IMG/VR virus record: IMGVR_UViG_3300020045_007544
Location: 1-30,450 of that record
Length of the DNA stretch: 30,450 nt
Origin: a virus
Lineage: Duplodnaviria; Caudoviricetes
Reading direction: 5' to 3' (one strand)
The notes below the pieces were generated by a model that did no database searches, was not told the DNA's origin, and worked only from the letters and a program-made list of their open reading frames with translations. Within the stretch, counting starts at the first letter, position 1; each line of letters starts with the position of its first letter. Positions 18,887 through 26,444 of the stretch are shown here, one piece after another. The position numbers were made by a program, and so were the translations under genes.

Positions 18887-19120
18887 ATGGCTGAAAAGAA
18901 GTTCAAACTAGAAGTAAACTGTGAAACTGGGGAGCAAACCTCGGTTGAGTTCACCGCTGAGGAGTATGCTCAGGCTGCTCTAGATGCTCAGGCTTATGCT
19001 GAGGCTAAGGCTATCCAGGATGCGGAGATTGCTGCTAAGGAGTCTGCTAAGGCTTCGGGTATCTCTAAGCTCGGTGCGCTTGGTCTAAGCGATGCTGAGA
19101 TTGCTGCACTAACCGCCTGA
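18887..19120 (+). CDS. Small tail-module protein (possible fibre chaperone)
   Basis: EVNCETGE..., C-terminal KLGALGLSDAEIAAL; purine-rich RBS. Confidence 0.65.
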   Translation: MAEKKFKLEVNCETGEQTSVEFTAEEYAQAALDAQAYAEAKAIQDAEIAAKESAKASGISKLGALGLSDAEIAALTA

Positions 19121-19156
19121 TAAACTGTTATCAACCGCAACCCTGAAAGAACTCTG

Positions 19157-19360
19157 ATGGCTGAAACCACCGACCGCGAACTGCTCATCACCATTGTCAA
19201 AGATTTGACTGAGGTGAAAACTGAGATGCGCGGTTACCGCCAGTTGGAGAAGGATGTGCGCGATCTTCAGAAGAAGATTTATCAGATGACTGGTGTCAGT
19301 GGTGTTCTCGGCGGTGTGATTGTTGCGGTTGCACAGATTCTAGTGACGGTCGGCAAGTGA
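19157..19360 (+). CDS. Membrane protein, holin-like (coiled coil plus C-terminal TM)
   Basis: Hydrophobic C-terminus GVSGVLGGVIVAVAQILV; precedes the endolysin. Confidence 0.6.
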   Translation: MAETTDRELLITIVKDLTEVKTEMRGYRQLEKDVRDLQKKIYQMTGVSGVLGGVIVAVAQILVTVGK

Positions 19361-19899
19361 CTTACAACTGGCGCTTGCCATTCCCAAAGGTCGCTGATTC
19401 ATTCGGTTCACACTCGGCTGAGCGCAAGGCTATGGGGCTAGGGCCACACCGAGGCTGTGATTACAATGGCTTTGACTTGTCAGGAAAGCGAGCCTTCAAA
19501 TTTGGTTTAGGGACTGCTCTAGTCGCTGTGGGCGATGGCAAGGTCACCCTAAACAAGTGGTCAGAGGTTCTCGGCTGGGTTGTTGAGATTCAGGTTGGCA
19601 AGTGGTTCTTCATGTATTGCCATATGGAGAAGCAGTCATCTTTGAAGGTTGGCGCTAAGGTCACTTCGGGTCAGACTGTCGGTTTTGCTGGTTCTTCTGG
19701 TTCTGCTTCTTCTGGCCCTCACTTGCATTTCTGTTTGTCACTTGTTTCTGGTGGTGGCATTACTGGCAAGGTGTATGACGCTCACACCTTCCTGGTCAAG
19801 ATGATTGCTGCCGAAAAAAAAGCCAATGCCCAACCAGTTGCAACAACTGCCACCCCTGCCTCAGTGAAACACTGCGCGACCTGCGCTTGCGAAGGATAG
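19357..19899 (+). CDS. Endolysin, M23 family metallopeptidase
   Basis: HRGCD (HxxxD), YCHM, GQTVGFAGSSG..SGPHLHF (HxH). Confidence 0.9.
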   Translation: MTYNWRLPFPKVADSFGSHSAERKAMGLGPHRGCDYNGFDLSGKRAFKFGLGTALVAVGDGKVTLNKWSEVLGWVVEIQVGKWFFMYCHMEKQSSLKVGAKVTSGQTVGFAGSSGSASSGPHLHFCLSLVSGGGITGKVYDAHTFLVKMIAAEKKANAQPVATTATPASVKHCATCACEG

Positions 19900-19902
19900 A
19901 AG

Positions 19903-20244
19903 ATGAAGAAAATTAGTCAGTCGATCCTCATCCGAGTCATCGGTGTGTTTATGGCCTTCTTCCTCACTGGCGCTGGCATCTCAGCCCCAACTCCTGTCGG
20001 CTGGTTCTGGGGCGGTCTTATCGCGGTCGGCACAGTGCTAGGAACTATCATCACTGTTCTAGGTGTCATCCTGATTTGGAAGGCTCACTGGACTCTAGAG
20101 GATGTCGAAAAGACATTCCGCGCGGTGGTAGCTCAACAGGCTGAGGACAATGAGCAGATCAAGGATGCTCTGGAAATTGCCGAGCAGGAATCTTTTGACT
20201 GGGCTGATTTCGGTGATGATGAGGCTGAGGAACTGAAGCCTTAG
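19903..20244 (+). CDS. Putative holin (2 TM, acidic tail)
   Basis: Two long hydrophobic segments, directly after the endolysin. Confidence 0.65.
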   Translation: MKKISQSILIRVIGVFMAFFLTGAGISAPTPVGWFWGGLIAVGTVLGTIITVLGVILIWKAHWTLEDVEKTFRAVVAQQAEDNEQIKDALEIAEQESFDWADFGDDEAEELKP

Positions 20245-20534
20245 CGCTTACTCAGCGACCTCAACTGGCGGCGCTCATGCGCGGTCAAGCCTGCCCACAA
20301 GCCCTGCTCATCTTCTGCAATCATTGCATACTCTAGGCACTGAAGCCTTACAGGGCATCGCTCGCAAATCTGTTTAGCCAGCGCGATGTCTGTTCCCTTG
20401 CTCACCGCCCAGTCATCGGGGAAGAAGATGTCTGGCACTTGAGCGCACTCGACACCATCATTCTTTTGAATGGCAACCATTAGCTCGAGGTAGGCGCGCT
20501 CTTGGTCTTTGTCGCTGAAGGCAAATGGCATCAT
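20241..20534 (-). CDS. whiB: WhiB-family Fe-S transcription factor
   Basis: C..DIFFP..AKQICERCPVRLQCLEYA..GLWAGLTAHER; leaderless TAACCT-N6-ATG. Confidence 0.95.
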   Translation of the reverse strand: MMPFAFSDKDQERAYLELMVAIQKNDGVECAQVPDIFFPDDWAVSKGTDIALAKQICERCPVRLQCLEYAMIAEDEQGLWAGLTAHERRQLRSLSKR

Positions 20535-20612
20535 CCCTCTAGGTTAGTTTCATTCTGGCTGTTTGCCAAATGTCCGATGGGTGTAGCAAGATAGAAACAA
20601 AGAAGGGGAACA

Positions 20613-21521
20613 ATGATTACCATCACAGAGAACTCACAGATAACCACCGCCACCTGCATCGGGGTGTTTGAGGATGGGTCAGCCGAGTGGCATGAACAGC
20701 GCGACCAGCCAGGCATCATCACCGGCTCAATGATCGGCACACTTCTAGGTCTTAATCAATGGGAAAGCCCCCTGAGTTTGTTCTATAAGCGCACTGGCCA
20801 GATTGACTCGCGCATTGAACCCTCGATGAGCATGAAGCTTGGCAAGGCACTAGAGCAACCTATCCTCGATGTCTTTGCTGCCGAGCATCCTTACTGGCAG
20901 GTTCTGCGCACTGGCACTTGGCAGAGCATTGAACATCCTTGGATGCGAGCCAACCCTGATGCCCTGTTCTTGGATGAGAATGGCGAACTGCAACTGATTG
21001 AGGTCAAGTTCAGCAGGAATTATTTCAATGATGAAATCCCGCCGAGCTACCGCGCGCAAATGATGTGGTATCTGGGTTGCCTCGGACTTAAGAAGGGCTT
21101 GCTAGTCGCTCTAGCAGATTCCGCTTACAAGGAGATTGCCATCGAGTTCGATGAGTTCGAGTTCTCTTGGATGGTTGCCGAGGCTATCCGCTTCCGCCAG
21201 ATGCTTGAAACCAATACACCGCCTAACTTCGATGGGTCTGCCTCCACATATGAATCGCAGCGCAAAGTCAACCCTGAAATTGATGGCAGTGAAGTTGAGA
21301 TTGCCGAGCTACTCGGTATAGATTTAGTAAACCTGGCTTGCCAGATTGATGAACTAAACACCACCCTCACCGAACTCAAGAGCCGAACTCTTGACCAGAT
21401 GGGGAAAGCCAAGACCGCCTTCATTGATGTGGATGGCGAGAAGATTGTGGTTGCGAAGCGATCACAGCGCGGCATAGGCGCACCCTATGTCACAGTAGAG
21501 AAACCAAAAGGGAAGAAATGA
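20613..21521 (+). CDS. YqaJ-like (lambda-exonuclease family) exonuclease
   Basis: GSAEWHEQR, ITGS, GKALE, ANPDAL, LIEVK, YRAQMMWY. Confidence 0.92.
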   Translation: MITITENSQITTATCIGVFEDGSAEWHEQRDQPGIITGSMIGTLLGLNQWESPLSLFYKRTGQIDSRIEPSMSMKLGKALEQPILDVFAAEHPYWQVLRTGTWQSIEHPWMRANPDALFLDENGELQLIEVKFSRNYFNDEIPPSYRAQMMWYLGCLGLKKGLLVALADSAYKEIAIEFDEFEFSWMVAEAIRFRQMLETNTPPNFDGSASTYESQRKVNPEIDGSEVEIAELLGIDLVNLACQIDELNTTLTELKSRTLDQMGKAKTAFIDVDGEKIVVAKRSQRGIGAPYVTVEKPKGKK

Positions 21522-21709
21522 CAGTATTACTAGGGGATTTGGTCTTTGTATCAATCCACACTAAGCGGCATGGCATCACAGGGGTTCAGGGTGTTGTCAC
21601 CGCAACAGGCGAGGTTGCTGACAAGCCAGATGCTTTCTGGATTCAGATTGCCGGTCTAAGCGCGACCCTATACAGCGATGAAACAATTATTGAGAAGGTG
21701 GGCAACTAA
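21518..21709 (+). CDS. Hypothetical protein
   Basis: ATGA coupling and RBS AAGGGA. Confidence 0.7.
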   Translation: MTVLLGDLVFVSIHTKRHGITGVQGVVTATGEVADKPDAFWIQIAGLSATLYSDETIIEKVGN

Positions 21710-21936
21710 TGGAAGTAACTTATCGCTATTATCTTGGTGGCACTGTAACCGCTGGCTATCAGGACAATGATGCAGCTATGGCTCAAGCGGAAATAGATGA
21801 TGCCTGTGAAAATGCAACCTATATCGAGCGACAGCGCATTATTGATTTGTTGCAATTTGAGTATGACCGCGGTGATTATGAAATGGGAATTGTTCCCTAT
21901 CTGATTGAGCAGATTGAGAAGGTGGGCAACTAATGG
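21689..21936 (+). repeat. 24-bp direct repeat flanking a small gene
   Basis: ATTGAGAAGGTGGGCAACTAATGG at 21689-21712 and 21913-21936. Confidence 0.9.
21709..21933 (+). CDS. Small protein with ERQRIIDLL motif
   Basis: TAATG coupling at both ends; motif shared with genes at 27580, 27798 and 28213. Confidence 0.75.
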   Translation: MEVTYRYYLGGTVTAGYQDNDAAMAQAEIDDACENATYIERQRIIDLLQFEYDRGDYEMGIVPYLIEQIEKVGN

Positions 21937-22544
21937 CAAATGCAAGAGAAGTCATCTTGGCAGTTATGCACTCGGTTCAGGGTGTAGCCAAGCGCGACAG
22001 GAACTCAGCTCAGGGCTTCAACTTCCGAGGCATTGATGCGGTGGTCAACAAGGTTGGCCCTGCTCTGCGCGAGGCTGGCGGATTTATCCTGCCAGAGATA
22101 GTGAATGAACAACACTCAACCGCCCTGACTGCTAAGGGTTCGCAGATCAATGTGGTTCACCTAACTGTCAAGTTCGGCATCTATGGGCTAGATGGTGAGC
22201 CGATTGTCGGCTCGGTCGCTGCTGAGGCGATGGACTCGGGTGACAAGGCAACTGCTAAGGCGATGTCTGTTGCCCTGCGCACATTCCTGCTTCAGGTGCT
22301 TGCCCTGCCAACCGATGAGCCTGACCCTGACTCATTCACCTATGAGGCAACTCGCGACTTCGCTGGCGAGGCTGAGGCTAAGGCGCTTGTCTATGATGTG
22401 GATGGACTCCGCGCCCTGTATTCTGAAGCTGTAAGCGCTCGCGCACCTAAGCCGGTGCTAGAGAAAATAAAGGAGTTCGGCAATGCAGCCTCTGGACAAG
22501 CGGATTCTCTGGGCAAGCCTGGTCGAGCTGAAGGAGTTGCATAG
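21933..22544 (+). CDS. ERF-family ssDNA-annealing recombinase
   Basis: NSAQGFNFRGIDAV, EAMDSGDKATAKAMSVALR, LPTDEPDPD; near the exonuclease. Confidence 0.9.
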   Translation: MANAREVILAVMHSVQGVAKRDRNSAQGFNFRGIDAVVNKVGPALREAGGFILPEIVNEQHSTALTAKGSQINVVHLTVKFGIYGLDGEPIVGSVAAEAMDSGDKATAKAMSVALRTFLLQVLALPTDEPDPDSFTYEATRDFAGEAEAKALVYDVDGLRALYSEAVSARAPKPVLEKIKEFGNAASGQADSLGKPGRAEGVA

Positions 22545-22677
22545 TGACTACCTCGCTGATGGGCAACTCAACTCGGCGGATGCTCTCAAGCCTCTGCTGT
22601 TTGATCGGGCGCTAAGGTTTGACCGCGATGAATACTCCACAAGACCTGATTCAGGAACTAAACCGAATACTGATTGA
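22483..22677 (+). CDS. Hypothetical protein overlapping the ERF 3' end
   Basis: Strong RBS AAGGAG 7 nt before ATG 22483; fills the gap to the next gene. Confidence 0.55.
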   Translation: MQPLDKRILWASLVELKELHSDYLADGQLNSADALKPLLFDRALRFDRDEYSTRPDSGTKPNTD

Positions 22678-22963
22678 GGTGCAGAAGGGTGTGTCCGCGA
22701 CCTATGATGCCGAGTGCAAGGTTGCTGACCGCCAGGCTGTTCTAGATAAGGCTTATGCTACTTCTTACATAAATGTCCAAGGCACTGTCGAGGATAGGAA
22801 GCAACTAGCCACCCTCCAGACGGCACAGGAGAGGTTTGAGGTGGATTTGGCTAAGGCTGAGTGGAATCGGTGCAGGTCGAAGATGAAAGCCCTAGAAATG
22901 GCACAGATGAGTTTACAAACTCAGAGCCGATTGGTCGAAACCGAGCTAAAGGTGCTGCGCTGA
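22628..22963 (+). CDS. Coiled-coil protein (possible recombination mediator)
   Basis: All-helical heptad pattern, GTVEDRK; start set to ATG 22628. Confidence 0.6.
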   Translation: MNTPQDLIQELNRILIEVQKGVSATYDAECKVADRQAVLDKAYATSYINVQGTVEDRKQLATLQTAQERFEVDLAKAEWNRCRSKMKALEMAQMSLQTQSRLVETELKVLR

Positions 22964-23097
22964 TGTGGGTTCTCTTGCCCTGGATGCTGTCGCTCATCGC
23001 CCTAGTGGCGGCCTTCACCACCGGCTTCTGGTTCACTGTGCTGTTCTGGATTGAGATGCAGCTTATGGAGTTGCACCAGGATGAGTGGAATGAATAG
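22963..23097 (+). CDS. Small membrane protein
   Basis: TGATG coupling; MWVLLPWMLSLIALVAAFTTGFWFTVLFW is hydrophobic. Confidence 0.6.
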   Translation: MWVLLPWMLSLIALVAAFTTGFWFTVLFWIEMQLMELHQDEWNE

Positions 23098-23425
23098 CAA
23101 AGAGTTCGCTAAATATTTGAGGCGCGACAATGGTGGCTGTGTGCATTGCGGTGAAACCGAGCGCCTTTCAATCCAACACAGGGCAGGTAGAGGAATGGGA
23201 GGATCTAAGTCACTAAACCGCCCGAGCAACCTCATTGTTCTTTGCTCAGACCTAAACAGCCGCATTGAGTCGGATGCCGAGGTGGCTGAGTATGCTCGCC
23301 AGAATGGCTGGAAGATTACAAGATGGCAAGACCCTGATTTTGAACCGGTCTGGTATGCCACAGAGGGTCGCTGGTATCTGCTGGATGACTTCTATGAGCG
23401 CAGTGTCTGGCTTTCGGGTAAATAA
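23090..23425 (+). CDS. HNH-like nuclease protein
   Basis: RRDNGGCVHCG..IQHR..RGMGGS..NLIVLC..N..IE; start uncertain (23081 or 23090). Confidence 0.75.
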   Translation: MNSKEFAKYLRRDNGGCVHCGETERLSIQHRAGRGMGGSKSLNRPSNLIVLCSDLNSRIESDAEVAEYARQNGWKITRWQDPDFEPVWYATEGRWYLLDDFYERSVWLSGK

Positions 23426-23460
23426 AAACTCCCCTACTTAGGTTTCAGGGAGTCTTATTT
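23425..23460 (+). terminator. Probable terminator
   Basis: ACTCCC (23428-23433) / GGGAGT (23448-23453), followed by CTTATTT. Confidence 0.5.
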
Positions 23461-23567
23461 GCGGCTACGAATCGCTGTTATCAATTTAGCAATCATTTTA
23501 GGATTTTGTCAATCTGGCTATGAAACTGTGCTACATTAGCAATGTCACTAGAGAGGGGAAAATCAAA

Positions 23568-23783
23568 ATGACTACTTACACCGCCACCGCACCTGATGGA
23601 CAGACTTTCGAGCGCCAATCATCTCGGGCCTACACCCATGCTCTAGCAAGCAAAGCCAGCAACTCAACTCGCTGGTCAATCAATAGTTTCTCTGGCTCTC
23701 TGGCAAGCGCTGAAAGGCGCATGAAGCAGCTCGCTAAGTTTTATGGCGGAGATTGGCAAATCATCGAGGTAGTAACTAAGTGA
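23568..23783 (+). CDS. Hypothetical early protein
   Basis: Start moved to ATG 23568, after promoter TGC-TACATT and RBS GAGGGGA. Confidence 0.75.
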   Translation: MTTYTATAPDGQTFERQSSRAYTHALASKASNSTRWSINSFSGSLASAERRMKQLAKFYGGDWQIIEVVTK

Positions 23784-24403
23784 TCAACTATCAGATTGAG
23801 CGCATACCAAATAAAAGAGCTTTAGAAATGGTTGTTGCCAATCACTATCTGCACAGATCAGCACCTGCTATGTTTGCCTTTGGTTTGTTTGATGGTCTTG
23901 ATATGGTTGGCTGCATTATTTATGGCAAGCCAGCGAATCAACAACTTTGCAAAGGTGTCTGTGGGCCAGAAGAATCTGGTGCTGTTTTAGAACTCACCCG
24001 CCTCTGGATTGAAGATGGCACACCAAAAAACACCGAGTCATTTCTTATCGGTAATAGCTTGAAAATGCTACCAACCGAGTATGACATCATTGTGTCTTAT
24101 GCCGAAATAAGCGCTGGCCATGTCGGAGTTGTCTATCAGGCAACCAACTGGCTCTATACAGGGCTGAGTGATCGACACAAGCAATGGCAGTTAGATGGGG
24201 TTGCAAGTCATAATCGCCATCTGTTTGATGAGCATGGTGGCACTAAGGCAGCTTTGGACTTCTATGGTGACAGATTGCAATTAGTCGAGCGAGGGCGAAA
24301 GCACCGCTATGTCATGCTAAGGGGCAACAAGTCGCGCAAGAAAGAATTGCTGTCTAAGCTGAGATATGAGATCAAGCCTTATCCAAAGGCTGTGCTAGAA
24401 TAA
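23780..24403 (+). CDS. mom: Mom-like (GNAT-fold) DNA adenine modification enzyme
   Basis: NHYLHR, VLELTRLWI, PKNTESFLI, IVSYA...GHVGVVYQATNWLYTG, KHRY match phage Mu Mom-family motifs. Confidence 0.82.
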   Translation: MINYQIERIPNKRALEMVVANHYLHRSAPAMFAFGLFDGLDMVGCIIYGKPANQQLCKGVCGPEESGAVLELTRLWIEDGTPKNTESFLIGNSLKMLPTEYDIIVSYAEISAGHVGVVYQATNWLYTGLSDRHKQWQLDGVASHNRHLFDEHGGTKAALDFYGDRLQLVERGRKHRYVMLRGNKSRKKELLSKLRYEIKPYPKAVLE

Positions 24404-24508
24404 AAGAGAACCGCCCCAGAAACCAAACATCCAGGGCGGCTCATACCGATAGATCAAGTATCGGCAAGTTCCAGTCTATATGATTGAGCTGCCGAAGAAG
24501 GGCAGCAA

Positions 24509-24637
24509 ATGGCAAAAGATAACCACCGCCGAGGTCAGCTCGAGCGCAAGGTCAAGGCCCAGCAGAAGCAACAGAGCAAGTTCGATGCTCAAACTGAGCG
24601 CATGGTTGCGCAAATCAAAGCACAGCGACTAAAGTAA
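24509..24637 (+). CDS. Small basic protein, 42 aa (not in ORF track)
   Basis: MAKDNHRRGQLERKVKAQQKQQSKFDAQTERMVAQIKAQRLK*; RBS GAAGGG lies within the hairpin GCTGCC/GGCAGC. Confidence 0.6.
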   Translation: MAKDNHRRGQLERKVKAQQKQQSKFDAQTERMVAQIKAQRLK

Positions 24638-24640
24638 ACT

Positions 24641-25000
24641 CTCATAGCCAGAGGGTCTACCCGTCAGCCTGGCTCTAAGTCAACTGGATTCGCCTCATCC
24701 GCGTCTATATCGCCCGTCAGAGGGGCATTACTTGCCTACCCCAAATGATTAGCTTGGGGTTGACCGCAGGGAAAGACCGCCACTTCGAGAGAGGTGTTTA
24801 GATCCATGATGGCGCGGTTGCACAGCATCTACCCAGCCGCCTTTGTAGCTGTCATGGTAGGCGTAGATTGCTTATCGCGAGGTAAGACATTCCGACAACC
24901 GATAGTCCTTATACGGCAGGTGAGAGGGGAAAGAGCTGACCTAGCCTTTTCTCTCTTCCCTCCTGAGCCTTGCCGGCAGGTCTGGTATTGCTTGCGATAC
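24641..25000 (+). ncRNA. Candidate large structured non-coding RNA (unclassified)
   Basis: Upstream -10-like TAAACT; about 10 stems, GAGA, GCGA and CTTG tetraloops, several G-U pairs, no credible ORF. Confidence 0.65.
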
Positions 25001-25017
25001 TTTGCTAAGGTTTAGTT

Positions 25018-25293
25018 GTGGATTGGTTTGAGGACAAGGCGAGGTGTGTGCGCTGTGGTTTGGCTTGGGTGGTTTCCCCTGACAAGCGCAAGCGAACAGA
25101 TTTGCTTTGTGTTTCTTGCCGCGCTCGCCCTGCGAAGTCGATTAGTTATGGTCATCGGAAGCCTTGTTTGCCTGGCACTGAGTTTGATGAGTTTGACAAT
25201 CCGCTGATTAATGGGCATCCTTTACTTGGGTTGCGATCTTGTAACCACACTGATTGCTGTGAGTTGAGCCATCTCTCCAGTGATACACAATGA
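25018..25293 (+). CDS. Cys-rich (Zn-binding) protein
   Basis: CVRC..CVSC..C..CNHTDCC..H; leaderless TGC-TAAGGT-N6-GTG. Confidence 0.75.
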   Translation: MDWFEDKARCVRCGLAWVVSPDKRKRTDLLCVSCRARPAKSISYGHRKPCLPGTEFDEFDNPLINGHPLLGLRSCNHTDCCELSHLSSDTQ

Positions 25294-25314
25294 CTCTCTT
25301 AGAAAGGGAAACTA

Positions 25315-25431
25315 ATGGCAACTACTAGTAACAGAATCTTGTGGCCTACTCATAAGGCGAAGGCGGCAGCTCGCAAGGCTAAGAAGGCTCGCAATCTGCC
25401 TACTGGCCCAATCATCAAGGGGGCTTTCTAA
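25315..25431 (+). CDS. Small Lys/Ala-rich basic peptide, 38 aa (not in ORF track)
   Basis: RBS GAAAGGGA; MATTSNRILWPTHKAKAAARKAKKARNLPTGPIIKGAF*; TAATG-coupled to ssb. Confidence 0.7.
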   Translation: MATTSNRILWPTHKAKAAARKAKKARNLPTGPIIKGAF

Positions 25432-25784
25432 TGGCGCGCATTGAAGTCACTGGCACTGCCACTCGCTTGTTCTTTCAGGATAAGGGTGTGGAGGTTACTG
25501 AGTTCGCTAAGGGTAAGGATGGGGCTATGATTCAGCGCCGCTATACCGCTTGGTTTGAGAACCCTGTTTCATTCCGCGAGGGTGCTGAAGGCACTTTCTC
25601 TGGCTCTCTATCTGCGACCATTGACAAGTGGACTAATGCTGATGGTTCGGTGAAGCTTGACCGCGAGGGCAACCCTGGTCAGTCTGTGAAGGTGTCTATC
25701 AATGGCACAGTTTTCACCCCGAGCAACAACTCCCCTCAGCCGGTTCAGTCGGCAACCCAAATCATTGATGAGATGCCTTTTTGA
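25431..25784 (+). CDS. ssb: Single-stranded DNA-binding protein (divergent)
   Basis: Beta-strand pattern compatible with an OB fold, and acidic C-terminal tip DEMPF. Confidence 0.75.
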   Translation: MARIEVTGTATRLFFQDKGVEVTEFAKGKDGAMIQRRYTAWFENPVSFREGAEGTFSGSLSATIDKWTNADGSVKLDREGNPGQSVKVSINGTVFTPSNNSPQPVQSATQIIDEMPF

Positions 25785-26194
25785 TCTCATTTCTAGTTGA
25801 AGGCCGCCCTTCTCCTCAAGGCTCAAAAAGCCCTGGGCGAGGAGGGCGCTTCTATGAGGCGAGCAAGTATCTGCCAGCATGGCGCTCGGCGGTATCTCTA
25901 GCAGCCAAGCATGAGATGATGCGGTTGGAGATGGGTGAGCCTATTGCTGAACCTTTACAGCTTGAGGTGACTTTCTTTATTCAGAAGCCGAAGTCATCTA
26001 AGTGGGCGCTTTATCCTGCTGGCACTCCCGATCTGTCAAAACTAATTCGCGGTGTTGAGGATGCTTTGACTCATGCTGGTTTGTGGGCGGATGATGCCTT
26101 GGTGGTCAATGTCTTGGCTCGCAAGCGGTGGACTGGTGTGACCTCGGACACTTACCCTGTGCCTGGTTGCCGAATCACTGTTACAAAACTGTAA
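25781..26194 (+). CDS. rusA: RusA-family Holliday junction resolvase
   Basis: VEGRPSPQGSK, PDLSKLIRGVEDALT..WADDALVV. Confidence 0.9.
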   Translation: MISFLVEGRPSPQGSKSPGRGGRFYEASKYLPAWRSAVSLAAKHEMMRLEMGEPIAEPLQLEVTFFIQKPKSSKWALYPAGTPDLSKLIRGVEDALTHAGLWADDALVVNVLARKRWTGVTSDTYPVPGCRITVTKL

Positions 26195-26288
26195 CCAAAT
26201 CTTTTCCTGAAATGGTTGTTTTATTCTCCTGAAACTCTGCTACAGTTATTTTATCAGCCGATTAGGTTGAAAACTGAAAGGGAATGAA

Positions 26289-26444
26289 ATGAAAGCACTA
26301 CTGATCATCGCCAGTTTTTTTGGCGCTTATTGGGCGATTGACTCAATGCCTACCGCTCTAGCAATCCCAGTCGGACTGCTCACCCTTGCTGGCATCCTTG
26401 CCGGCGCTGTCGCTCTAGCTGTGAATTGGGTGCGCAATGTCTAA
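26289..26444 (+). CDS. Small 2-TM membrane protein, 51 aa (not in ORF track)
   Basis: Promoter TGC-TACAGT (26238-26246), RBS GAAAGGGA; MKALLIIASFFGAYWAIDSMPTALAIPVGLLTLAGILAGAVALAVNWVRNV*. Confidence 0.7.
   Translation: MKALLIIASFFGAYWAIDSMPTALAIPVGLLTLAGILAGAVALAVNWVRNV

Noticed and set aside
24641-25000. Assignment as group I intron, tmRNA or RNase P RNA
   Set aside because: No interrupted gene or recognisable catalytic core, no tRNA-like ends or tag ORF, and no RNase P P4 signature seen. Left unclassified pending a covariance-model search.
24794-25015. 73-aa plus-strand ORF inside the structured region
   Set aside because: No protein-like features, covers only part of the gap, and the sequence is better explained by base pairing.
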